This document shows positions 10,161 to 17,492 of a DNA stretch of 32,000 nucleotides, piece after piece. The notes under the pieces were generated by a model. That model ran no database searches, was not told the DNA's origin, and saw nothing but the letters and a program-made list of their open reading frames with translations. Origin of the DNA: Propionibacterium ruminifibrarum. Its GTDB lineage: Bacteria > Actinomycetota > Actinomycetes > Propionibacteriales > Propionibacteriaceae. Made by a program: the position numbers and the translations under genes. The DNA is taken from contig NZ_OMOH01000003.1 of assembly GCF_900289195.1 (NCBI RefSeq), positions 326,697-358,696 of the forward strand. Reading direction: 5' to 3'. Each line of letters opens with the position of its first letter. Within the stretch, counting starts at the first letter, position 1.

Positions 10161-10201
10161 TTGACGGCGGGGCCGGCACTGAGGCCGGAACCCGCCGTCA
10201 A
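10161..10201 (+). terminator. Stem-loop downstream of the pdxA2-like gene (terminator or intra-operon attenuator)
   Basis: TTGACGGCGGG (10161-10171) pairs perfectly with CCCGCCGTCAA (10191-10201). No U-tract. The RpiB-like gene starts 70 nt later. Confidence 0.45.
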
Positions 10202-10270
10202 CCGTGGGGCGGTCCTGGGCATCCAGCTCACACGCACACCGTCCGTGACGAGGAGAGGACACAACACATC

Positions 10271-10708
10271 ATGAAGCTCATCTTCGGCTGCGATCCCAAC
10301 GCCACCGAGTTCAAGAAGGGCCTGATGGCCAAGGCCGTCGAGCTCGGCCACGAGGTCGAGGACTACGGCGCCGACGACCCGATCTACGCCAACGTGGCCA
10401 CCAAGGTCGCCGAGGACGTCGTGGCGGGCAAGGCCGATCGCGGTGTCGTCGTCTGCGGCACCGGCATCGGCGTCTCGATCGCCGCCAACAAGGTCAAGGG
10501 CGCCTACTGCGCCTGCGTCGCCGACGTCTACCAGGCCCAGCGGGCCACCCTGTCGAACAATGCGAACCTGATCGCCATGGGCTCGCAGGTGCTCGGCATC
10601 GAGACGGCCAAGGTCCTGCTCGAGAACTACCTGGCCAACGAGTTCGACCCCAACTCGCGCAGCGGCGTCAAGGTCGCGCGTATCCGCGAATACGAGAACG
10701 AGCACTGA
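10271..10708 (+). CDS. RpiB/LacA/LacB-family sugar-phosphate isomerase
   Basis: 145 aa. VVVCGTGIGVSIAANKVKG carries the catalytic-Cys motif, and size and layout are typical of RpiB. RBS GAGGAGAGGA lies upstream. Confidence 0.85.
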   Translation: MKLIFGCDPNATEFKKGLMAKAVELGHEVEDYGADDPIYANVATKVAEDVVAGKADRGVVVCGTGIGVSIAANKVKGAYCACVADVYQAQRATLSNNANLIAMGSQVLGIETAKVLLENYLANEFDPNSRSGVKVARIREYENEH

Positions 10709-10735
10709 GCGGTGCGGGGAAGCCGGGATCTGGAC

Positions 10736-11482
10736 ATGAGTGAACCGATCGTCGCGGTGAGTCTCAAGATGTACTTCGAGCGGGCCCGCACGCTCGACTA
10801 CGCCCGCTCGCTCGTCGAGCTGGTCGGCGCCGAACAGGGCCTGTCCGAGGCCGTGCGAATGGCCGTGCTGCCGGACTTCCTGACCATCGCCGAGGCCGGG
10901 ACCATTCTCAACGGCTCGGGCATCGTGCTCGGCGCCCAGGACCTCTGCCAGGACGACCGCGGTGCGCGCACCGGCGAGGTGTCAGGCGCCGACCTGGCGG
11001 CTCTCGGCGTCGGGGTCGTCGAGGTGGGCCACGCCGAGCGCCGAACGATCTACCGCGAGGACGATGCGATGGTCGCCGCGAAGACCGCGGCGGCCGTCCG
11101 CAACGGCATCATCCCACTGCTGTGCATCGGTGAGGCCGAGCGCTCCACCGAGGCGGAGGCGGCCGCCAAGTGCATCGCCCAGGTGCGCTCCGCCCTGGCC
11201 GGTACCCGGCCGGACGATCTCTGGCTCGGTTACGAGCCCTACTGGGCGATCGGCGCTCCGGCTCCGGCGCCGTCCGAGTACGTCTCGGGCGTGTGTCGTC
11301 TGATCCGCGAGGGTCTCGGCGACGTGCCCGGCCTGAGCCTGCTGTACGGCGGCTCGGCCGGCCCCGGCCTGCTCGGTACGCTCGACCCGGCGATCGATGG
11401 CCTCTTCCTGGGACGCTTCGCCCACGACCCGGCCGCCTTCGTCTCGGTCGCCAAGGAGGCCCGTGACCGCGCGGTGGTCTGA
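10736..11482 (+). CDS. Triosephosphate-isomerase-family protein (TpiA paralogue / tetrulose-phosphate isomerase-like)
   Basis: SLKMY (cf. NWKMN), VEVGHAERR (cf. GHSERR) and LLCIGE (cf. CIGE). I chose ATG 10736 by N-terminal length relative to TpiA; GTG 10712 is the track alternative. Confidence 0.8.
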   Translation: MSEPIVAVSLKMYFERARTLDYARSLVELVGAEQGLSEAVRMAVLPDFLTIAEAGTILNGSGIVLGAQDLCQDDRGARTGEVSGADLAALGVGVVEVGHAERRTIYREDDAMVAAKTAAAVRNGIIPLLCIGEAERSTEAEAAAKCIAQVRSALAGTRPDDLWLGYEPYWAIGAPAPAPSEYVSGVCRLIREGLGDVPGLSLLYGGSAGPGLLGTLDPAIDGLFLGRFAHDPAAFVSVAKEARDRAVV

Positions 11483-11515
11483 ACGGAGCCGTGACCCGCT
11501 TCTCGAACCCAGACG

Positions 11516-11561
11516 CACTGGCAGGAGCCGCCGGTACCATGCCCGGCGGTTCCTGCCAGTG
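11516..11561. terminator. Bidirectional stem-loop between the convergent TIM-like gene and a GntR regulator
   Basis: A 19-bp stem: CACTGGCAGGAGCCGCCGG pairs with CCGGCGGTTCCTGCCAGTG (one G-U pair). The loop is the 8 nt TACCATGC. Confidence 0.6.
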
Positions 11562-11652
11562 CTGCGCACTGTGAGTCCGGTGTTCTTCCTCCCCGAGTGG
11601 CGCTCCGGGGAGATGTCGTCGGCGAGTGAGGCGCCAACGGGTCACGGCGGTG

Positions 11653-12384
11653 TCACATCTGGGCCGTGAGGCGTTTCGTCGCGGTTCTCATGTGGGCCCG
11701 CATGGCCTGTTCGGCGGCCTCGACGTCGTGTTTCTCGAGTGCCCGCAGGATCTTCTCGTGCTCGCCCAGGGACTCGACGGCGTCGGCCACGCTGCTCAGT
11801 GCCCGATCCATCCAGATGCTCAGCAGGGTGCGGCAGGTGCGCAGCATGTCGGCGGTCAGGGTGTTGCCGCAACTGTCGACCAGGATGACGTGGAAGCGGT
11901 AGTCGATGGGGATGGTCTTCTGCACGTCGGGGAGTGCCTCGCGCATTGATTCGATGTTGTCCTGGAGCAGGCCGATGGCCTGCTCGTCGGCGCGTTCGGC
12001 GGCCAGACGTGCCGCCTCGACCTCGAGTGCCGAACGGACCTCGAGCAGCTGCTGCGTGTCGTGCTCGCCGAGCAGCATGCCCCAGGTCAGCGTCTTGGGC
12101 AGCAGATCCGATGTCGTGCCGCGCACGTACGTGCCCGCCCCGGGGCGCACTTCGACCAGGCCCAGCAGCTCGAGGGCGGCGAGCGCCTCGCGGACGGCCG
12201 AGCGCCCCACCCCCAGCTTCTCTGCCAGTGCGCGCTCCGGCGGCACCCGATCGCCCGTCGACAGGGGGCCGGTGCCGAAGTGAGCCAGCAGGTGCTGAGC
12301 GACCTCGGCGGCCGTGGTCCCGCGGGGGAGCGTCGACATCTCCTGGAGGAACTCGTCGGCAGGGCCGGATGCGTATGCGGGCAT
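11653..12384 (-). CDS. GntR/FadR-family transcriptional regulator
   Basis: Winged HTH ERALAEKLGVGRSAVREALAALELLGLVEVRPGAGTYV followed by an all-helical FCD-type C-terminal domain. No clear SD before ATG 12384, so the transcript may be leaderless or the start may be internal. Confidence 0.85.
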   Translation of the reverse strand: MPAYASGPADEFLQEMSTLPRGTTAAEVAQHLLAHFGTGPLSTGDRVPPERALAEKLGVGRSAVREALAALELLGLVEVRPGAGTYVRGTTSDLLPKTLTWGMLLGEHDTQQLLEVRSALEVEAARLAAERADEQAIGLLQDNIESMREALPDVQKTIPIDYRFHVILVDSCGNTLTADMLRTCRTLLSIWMDRALSSVADAVESLGEHEKILRALEKHDVEAAEQAMRAHMRTATKRLTAQM

Positions 12385-12441
12385 GCCGTCAATCTACTAG
12401 GCGTGACGTGGCCGGTGCCGAGCACGAAAAGATTACATGTT

Positions 12442-12477
12442 AACCGGTTGACAGGTTTACCGGTGTTCTTCTAATCT
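12442..12477 (+). promoter_or_regulatory. Candidate promoter with overlapping operator for the second MFS operon
   Basis: TTGACA (12448-12453), an 18-nt spacer, then TAATCT (12472-12477). The palindromes AACCGGTT (12442-12449) and ACCGGT (12459-12464) overlap the -35 box and the spacer. The site lies in the divergent GntR/MFS intergenic region. Confidence 0.45.
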
Positions 12478-12539
12478 CGTCCCCATACCGACGCCGCGCA
12501 GCGTTGCGCGAGTCGTCCGAACGATGACGAGGAGGTCAC

Positions 12540-13871
12540 GTGTCGAGTGCTACAACCGTGAACCCGGCTGCTGAGAAGTCGGCGGTTCACAAGATCTCCG
12601 TGCGGCTGGTGCCATTCGTCGCACTGATGTTCTTCATCAACTTCCTCGATCGCACTGCGATCGGTTATGCGGGCCCCAACGGGATGCAGCAGGACCTGGG
12701 CATGACGGCCGCCCAGTTCGGCCTGGCCTCGGGGGTGTTCTTCATCGGGTACATCATTCTTGAGGTCCCCTCGAACCTGGCGCTGCACCGATTCGGCGCC
12801 AGGGTCTGGCTGTCGCGCATCATGGTGTCGTGGGGCATCGTCGCCGTCCTGTTCACCTGGGTCCAGTCCAGCGGCCAGCTGTACGCCCTGCGTGTCCTGC
12901 TCGGCGTCGCCGAGGCCGGCTTCTTCCCCGGGGCCATCCTGTTCCTGAGCATGCTGGTGCCCTCGCAGCATCGCAGCCGTACCCTCATGCTCTTCTACCT
13001 GGCCCAGCCGCTCACCAGCGTGGTCGGGGCCCCGCTGGCCAGCTGGCTCATCCAGCACCACGGCGCCCTCGGGCTCGAGGGCTGGCGCTTCATGTACCTG
13101 TGCGTCGGCGCTCCGGCCATCATCGTCGGCATCGTCGCCTTCTTCTATCTGAAGGACAAGCCAGAGGACTGCCCATGGCTCACCGCGGAGGAGGTCGCGA
13201 GCCTTCGCACTCAGCTGGATGCCGAGGCTGCGGCCAACAGCGGCGAGAAGGGTGAGAAGAACGTCGTGGCCGCGCTCACCAGTGGCCGGGTGTGGGTCCT
13301 CTCGCTCATCTACTTCGGCTTCATCTACGGCCTGTACGCCCTGAGCTTCTTCCTGCCCACGATCATCAAGGGCTTCGGCGAACAGTTCGGCATCGAGTTG
13401 TCGATCCTCCAGCAGGGCCTGGTCACGGCCATCCCGTACGCCTTCGCCGCCCTCGCCATGTACGTCTGGTCGAAGGACGTCACCCGTCGCGGCCTGCGCA
13501 GCTGGCACATCGCCATTCCCGCCGCCATCGGCGGTGTCTCGATCCCGGTCGCCCTGTTCGTCGGTTCGCCGGTCATCGCCATCGGGGTCATCTCGATCAC
13601 CGCCATGTCGATCTTCGCCGTGCTGCCGAACTTCTGGACGCTTCCCACGCAGTTCCTCACAGGAGCCCCCGCGGCTGCCGGCGTCGCCCTCATCAACACG
13701 ATCGGCAACATCGCCGGGTTCTCGGCCGGATACATCACCGGCGCGATCCATGACTGGACCGGCGGCTACACCGTCCCGATGTTCGTCGTCGGCGGCTTCA
13801 TGATCGTGTCCGCGACGCTCATGGTCCTGCTGGCCCGTCGCGGCCAGGTGAGGGTCGCCGACGCCTCCTGA
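12540..13871 (+). CDS. MFS transporter, ACS type (tartrate/acid-sugar transporter-like)
   Basis: GTG start with GAGGAGG 4-5 nt upstream. FINFLDRTAIGYAGP and GYIILEVPSNLALHRFGAR motifs and a multi-TM profile, as in TtuB/galactonate-type permeases. Confidence 0.85.
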   Translation: MSSATTVNPAAEKSAVHKISVRLVPFVALMFFINFLDRTAIGYAGPNGMQQDLGMTAAQFGLASGVFFIGYIILEVPSNLALHRFGARVWLSRIMVSWGIVAVLFTWVQSSGQLYALRVLLGVAEAGFFPGAILFLSMLVPSQHRSRTLMLFYLAQPLTSVVGAPLASWLIQHHGALGLEGWRFMYLCVGAPAIIVGIVAFFYLKDKPEDCPWLTAEEVASLRTQLDAEAAANSGEKGEKNVVAALTSGRVWVLSLIYFGFIYGLYALSFFLPTIIKGFGEQFGIELSILQQGLVTAIPYAFAALAMYVWSKDVTRRGLRSWHIAIPAAIGGVSIPVALFVGSPVIAIGVISITAMSIFAVLPNFWTLPTQFLTGAPAAAGVALINTIGNIAGFSAGYITGAIHDWTGGYTVPMFVVGGFMIVSATLMVLLARRGQVRVADAS

Positions 13872-13909
13872 TCGTCAGGGGCCGGGAAACTGGAAAGGAA
13901 GTGAGGACA

Positions 13910-14722
13910 ATGGGCCTGGGGATCGGCACCTACGCCCTGTTCTGGGAGTGGTCTGAGGCGGTCGAGCATCCCATCGACCTGACGGGCATGCTCGACGTGG
14001 CGGCCGAACTCGACTGCGATGTCTTTCAGATCTGCGACTACCCGCTCATCGAGACGATGGACGTCCATCAGCTGAACGACATCGCCGCCCAGGCTCGTGG
14101 GCTGGGCCTGGAGCTCGAGCTGGGCACCCGTGGCACACGCTCCGAGCACCTGAACAGGTACCTGGACATCGCCGAGACGCTGGGCGCCCACATGCTGCGC
14201 TCCATGGTGCGCGTGGGCGCCGGCGAACCCACACTCGACGAGTCCCTCGCCTCGGTCCGGGGACTGCTGGCGCGGCTCCACGAGAACGGCGTCTCGATCG
14301 CCTTCGAGACCTATGAACAGCTGCCCAGCGAGCGTCTCGTGCAGTTCGTGACCGATGTCAACGATCCGCACGTCGGCATCTGCCTCGACCCCGCCAACTG
14401 CGTCGCCGGGCTCGAACTGCCCGGTGACGTGATCGGTCGCTGTGCGCCGTACACGCTCAACCTGCACGTGAAGGACTTCGCCTTCACCCGCCAGGCGGGC
14501 TGGGTGGGGTTCACCTACGCGGGGGCGGCGATGGGGGAGGGGCTGCTCGACTTCGACGCCGAGATGAAGGCGGTCCGTCCCCTCGAACGGGGCATCAACA
14601 TGATCGTCGAGCACTGGCTCACCTGGCAGGGCGACCCGAAGTCCACCGTCGCGCTGGAGCGGCAGTGGACACGCCGGAGCCTCGACTACATCCGCAACTA
14701 CATCGAAACCAAGGAGAACTGA
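13910..14722 (+). CDS. Sugar-phosphate isomerase/epimerase (xylose-isomerase-like TIM barrel, AP_endonuc_2 type)
   Basis: About 270 aa with an alternating beta/alpha pattern and metal-ligand-like motifs (FETYE, ICLDPANC, LHVKDF, IVEHW). I prefer ATG 13910, with GGAAAGGAAG 9 nt upstream, to GTG 13901. Confidence 0.7.
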   Translation: MGLGIGTYALFWEWSEAVEHPIDLTGMLDVAAELDCDVFQICDYPLIETMDVHQLNDIAAQARGLGLELELGTRGTRSEHLNRYLDIAETLGAHMLRSMVRVGAGEPTLDESLASVRGLLARLHENGVSIAFETYEQLPSERLVQFVTDVNDPHVGICLDPANCVAGLELPGDVIGRCAPYTLNLHVKDFAFTRQAGWVGFTYAGAAMGEGLLDFDAEMKAVRPLERGINMIVEHWLTWQGDPKSTVALERQWTRRSLDYIRNYIETKEN

Positions 14723-14725
14723 ACC

Positions 14726-15580
14726 ATGAGTGAGAACCTGAAGATCGCAGTCGTCGGCGCCGGCGGCAAGATGGGCATGCGCGTGTCCAACAACCTGCAG
14801 CGCACCGACTGGACCGTGTTCTACTGCGAGAACGGTGAGGCCGGGAGGCAGCGCGTGCAGGAGGCGGGCCGCGAGGTCGTGCCGACCGACGATGTCATCG
14901 GTGACGTCGACGTCGCGATCCTGGCCGTGCCCGACGTGGCCCTTGAGCCCGTCACCGCCGACGTCGTCCCCAAGATGAAGTCCGGCGCCATGGTGCTGAC
15001 CCTCGACCCGGCGGCGGCCTATGCCGGCCTGCTGACCATGCGCGATGATCTCGACTATGTCGTGGCCCACCCCACGCATCCGTCGGTGTTCCTCGAGCGC
15101 CACACGCCGGAGGAGTACGCCGACACCTTCGGTGGTGTTGCCGCCCCGCAGAACTCGGTCGCGGCGCTGCAGCAGGGCGACGAGTCGATCAAGCCGCTCG
15201 CCGAGAAGATCATCTCGACCATGTACGGTCCGGTCATCAAGGTCTACTGGACCTCGGTGCACGACCTGGCCGTGCTCGAACCCACCCTCAACGAGACCAT
15301 CGGCTGCATGATCGGCCAGTTCCTCAAGGACGCCATCGACGCCACGGTATGCCACACCGACATGGACGAGGCGACCGTGACAGCCATGATCCATGGCCAC
15401 ATCTGGATCGCCCTGACCAATGCCCTGCGCGGCTCGAACCCGTTCTCGGACGCCTGCCTGCTGGCCATGGACTACGGCCGCGAGGCCATCATCAAGGACG
15501 ATTGGGAACGCATCTTCAACGATGACGACCTCGACATCGTCATCGCCAAGATGCTCAAGCTCGACAAGGTCAGGCACTGA
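14726..15580 (+). CDS. NAD(P)-binding oxidoreductase (Rossmann N-domain plus 6PGDH-C-like helical domain)
   Basis: KIAVVGAGGKMG dinucleotide-binding motif at the N-terminus. AAGGAGAA RBS is present. The ATG lies 3 nt after the upstream stop. Substrate unknown. Confidence 0.65.
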   Translation: MSENLKIAVVGAGGKMGMRVSNNLQRTDWTVFYCENGEAGRQRVQEAGREVVPTDDVIGDVDVAILAVPDVALEPVTADVVPKMKSGAMVLTLDPAAAYAGLLTMRDDLDYVVAHPTHPSVFLERHTPEEYADTFGGVAAPQNSVAALQQGDESIKPLAEKIISTMYGPVIKVYWTSVHDLAVLEPTLNETIGCMIGQFLKDAIDATVCHTDMDEATVTAMIHGHIWIALTNALRGSNPFSDACLLAMDYGREAIIKDDWERIFNDDDLDIVIAKMLKLDKVRH

Positions 15581-15605
15581 CCGACTGTCGGATCGGCGAA
15601 GAAAG

Positions 15606-15641
15606 AGGGATGGTGGTCTCGTCAAGGAGGCCACCATCCCT
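15606..15641 (+). terminator. Intra-operon stem-loop between the oxidoreductase and the DAK-type kinase
   Basis: A 15-bp stem: AGGGATGGTGGTCTC pairs with GAGGCCACCATCCCT (one G-U pair). Loop is GTCAAG. The 3' arm and loop contain AAGGAGG. It is followed by TATATCCTGT. Confidence 0.45.
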
Positions 15642-15719
15642 ATATCCTGTAGGAACTAACCCTATGGTTCGGGCCGCTGGGCCCTCAACGATGAGCACAA
15701 CCATGAGATGGGAGAGACA

Positions 15720-17420
15720 ATGACGTACCTGGTTGGCGAGCCGCTGGATTTCGCGGCTGACAGTCTTGCGGGCTTCGTGGCCGCGCACTCTGATCTGGTC
15801 CAGGCGGTTCACGGTGGCGTGGTCCGCGCCGACGCCTCACCGCAGGGCGAGGTGGCCGTCGTCGTCGGCGGGGGTTCCGGTCATTACCCGGCGTTCGCGG
15901 GCTGGGTTGGCCCGGGCATGGCCCACGCTGCCGTCTGCGGCAACATCTTCGCCTCGCCGTCGGACTCGCAGGTCGTGTCGGTCTCGAGGGCGGCCGACAA
16001 CGGCGGGGGCGTCCTGCTGCTGTTCGGCAACTACGCCGGTGACTGCCTTCAGTTCGGCAAGGGTGCCGAGGTGCTCAACGCCGAGGGCATCGCCACACGC
16101 ATCGAGACGATCACCGATGACGTGGCCTCGCGCCCCGTCGAGCAGTGGGCCGAGCGCCGGGGCATCGCCGGTGACTTCTTTGTCGTCAAGATTGCCGGCG
16201 CTGCCGCCGCGGCGGGCTACGACCTCGACGGTCTCGTAGAGGCCACCCGTCGCGCGAACGCAGCCACCAAGACCCTGGGCATCGCCTTCGACGCCCCGAC
16301 CCTGCCCGGTGCTGCCGAGCCCCTGTTCACCGTGCCCGAGGGGCACTACGAACTCGGTCTGGGCATCCACGGCGAACCCGGCCTGTCCTCGCACCCGCTG
16401 AGCGGGGTCGATGATATCGCCAAGACCCTCGTCGAGGGCCTCCTCGCCGAGAAGCCTGCCGATGCGCGACGAGTCGGCGTCCTGGTCAACGGCCTGGGCT
16501 GCACCAAGTACGAGGAGATGTTCGTCCTGTACGGGCGAGTGGCTCGGCTGCTCGAGGCCGCCGGCTTGCAGATCGTCGTCCCGATCGTCGACGAACAGGT
16601 CACCAGTCTTGACATGGCCGGTGTCTCCCTGTCGGTCTGCTTCCTCGACGACGAGCTCGAGAAGCTCCTGCTCGCCCCGGCTCTGACACCGGCCTACACC
16701 CGTGGCGCCGTTGAACACGGCGGTCCTCGGCGCGAGGTCTCCACCGAGGAGAGCGCCGAGCTGGCGGCCGGTTCGCCGGAGTCGGCGGCGCAGGGCGCCA
16801 GACTCGCCACGATCGTGGCCCTCATGGCCGAGACGGCCGTAGCCGATGCCGACTTCCTCGGCAGGCTCGACTCCATCGCCGGCGACGGCGATCACGGGCA
16901 GGGCATGGTGCTCGGTTCGCGTGCCGCGGCGAAGGCTGCTGCTGTCGCCTCGGATGCGGGGGCCGGTGCCGCGACAGTCCTGAAGCAGGCGGGTCTGGCA
17001 TGGGCGGAAGGCGCAGGAGGCACCTCGGGGGCGTTGTGGGGTCGCGCGCTCGAGGCCGTGGGTGCGGGCCTGTCCGATGACGCGGCGGCCGATGCGGCCA
17101 CAGTGATCGCCGCTGTCGCAGCCGGTGCCGAATCCGTGGCTGCCAGCGGCGGCGCCGTGCCAGGCGACAAGACGATGGTCGACGCCACTACTCCGTTCGC
17201 CGTTGCGCTGCGCGATGCCGGTGATGACCTGCCGGGCGCCTTCGCCACCGCGGCCAGGGCCGCCACTGACGGGGCAGAGGCGACCAAGGACCTCGTGGCC
17301 CGCAAGGGCCGCGCCACGACGCACGGCGACGCCTCACTCGGCCATCCCGACCCGGGGGCGATCTCCTTCGCCCGCCACATGACGAGGATTGCTGAGTACC
17401 TGGCCGATCATCAGGCCTGA
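15720..17420 (+). CDS. Fused DhaK-DhaL (DAK-family) ATP-dependent kinase with non-canonical substrate-site motif
   Basis: DhaK domain (VVVGGGSGHYPAF, ELGLGIHGEPG) fused to a DhaL domain (DSIAGDGDHGQGM, GGTSGALWG). ATG 15708 is an in-frame alternative start. Confidence 0.85.
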   Translation: MTYLVGEPLDFAADSLAGFVAAHSDLVQAVHGGVVRADASPQGEVAVVVGGGSGHYPAFAGWVGPGMAHAAVCGNIFASPSDSQVVSVSRAADNGGGVLLLFGNYAGDCLQFGKGAEVLNAEGIATRIETITDDVASRPVEQWAERRGIAGDFFVVKIAGAAAAAGYDLDGLVEATRRANAATKTLGIAFDAPTLPGAAEPLFTVPEGHYELGLGIHGEPGLSSHPLSGVDDIAKTLVEGLLAEKPADARRVGVLVNGLGCTKYEEMFVLYGRVARLLEAAGLQIVVPIVDEQVTSLDMAGVSLSVCFLDDELEKLLLAPALTPAYTRGAVEHGGPRREVSTEESAELAAGSPESAAQGARLATIVALMAETAVADADFLGRLDSIAGDGDHGQGMVLGSRAAAKAAAVASDAGAGAATVLKQAGLAWAEGAGGTSGALWGRALEAVGAGLSDDAAADAATVIAAVAAGAESVAASGGAVPGDKTMVDATTPFAVALRDAGDDLPGAFATAARAATDGAEATKDLVARKGRATTHGDASLGHPDPGAISFARHMTRIAEYLADHQA

Positions 17421-17438
17421 CGCGGGACCGCAACTGGA

Positions 17439-17492
17439 GCACGGGCGCCTCCTCCATCGGTGAAGCGAAGCCGGTGGAGGAGGCGCCCGTGC
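17439..17492 (+). terminator. Large GC-rich terminator-like hairpin after the DAK-type kinase
   Basis: A 22-bp stem: GCACGGGCGCCTCCTCCATCGG pairs with CCGGTGGAGGAGGCGCCCGTGC (one G-U pair). The loop is the 10 nt TGAAGCGAAG. It starts 19 nt after the stop codon and has no U-tract. Confidence 0.65.

Noticed and set aside
12471-13751. 426-aa minus-strand ORF antisense to the second MFS gene
   Set aside because: Same shadow-frame composition (runs of D, G, R, E), and the + strand MFS is well supported.
13766-15637. 623-aa minus-strand ORF, the longest ORF in the window on that strand
   Set aside because: It spans three separately supported + strand genes (MFS 3' end, isomerase, oxidoreductase). 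It has no recognisable domain and a His/Asp/Gly/Val/Arg-rich antisense composition.
15837-17324. 495-aa minus-strand ORF antisense to the DAK-type kinase; also the off-frame + ORFs 15733-16239 and 16892-17380(-)
   Set aside because: The kinase frame carries both DhaK and DhaL signatures. The alternatives are Arg/Pro/Ala-rich frames with no motifs.
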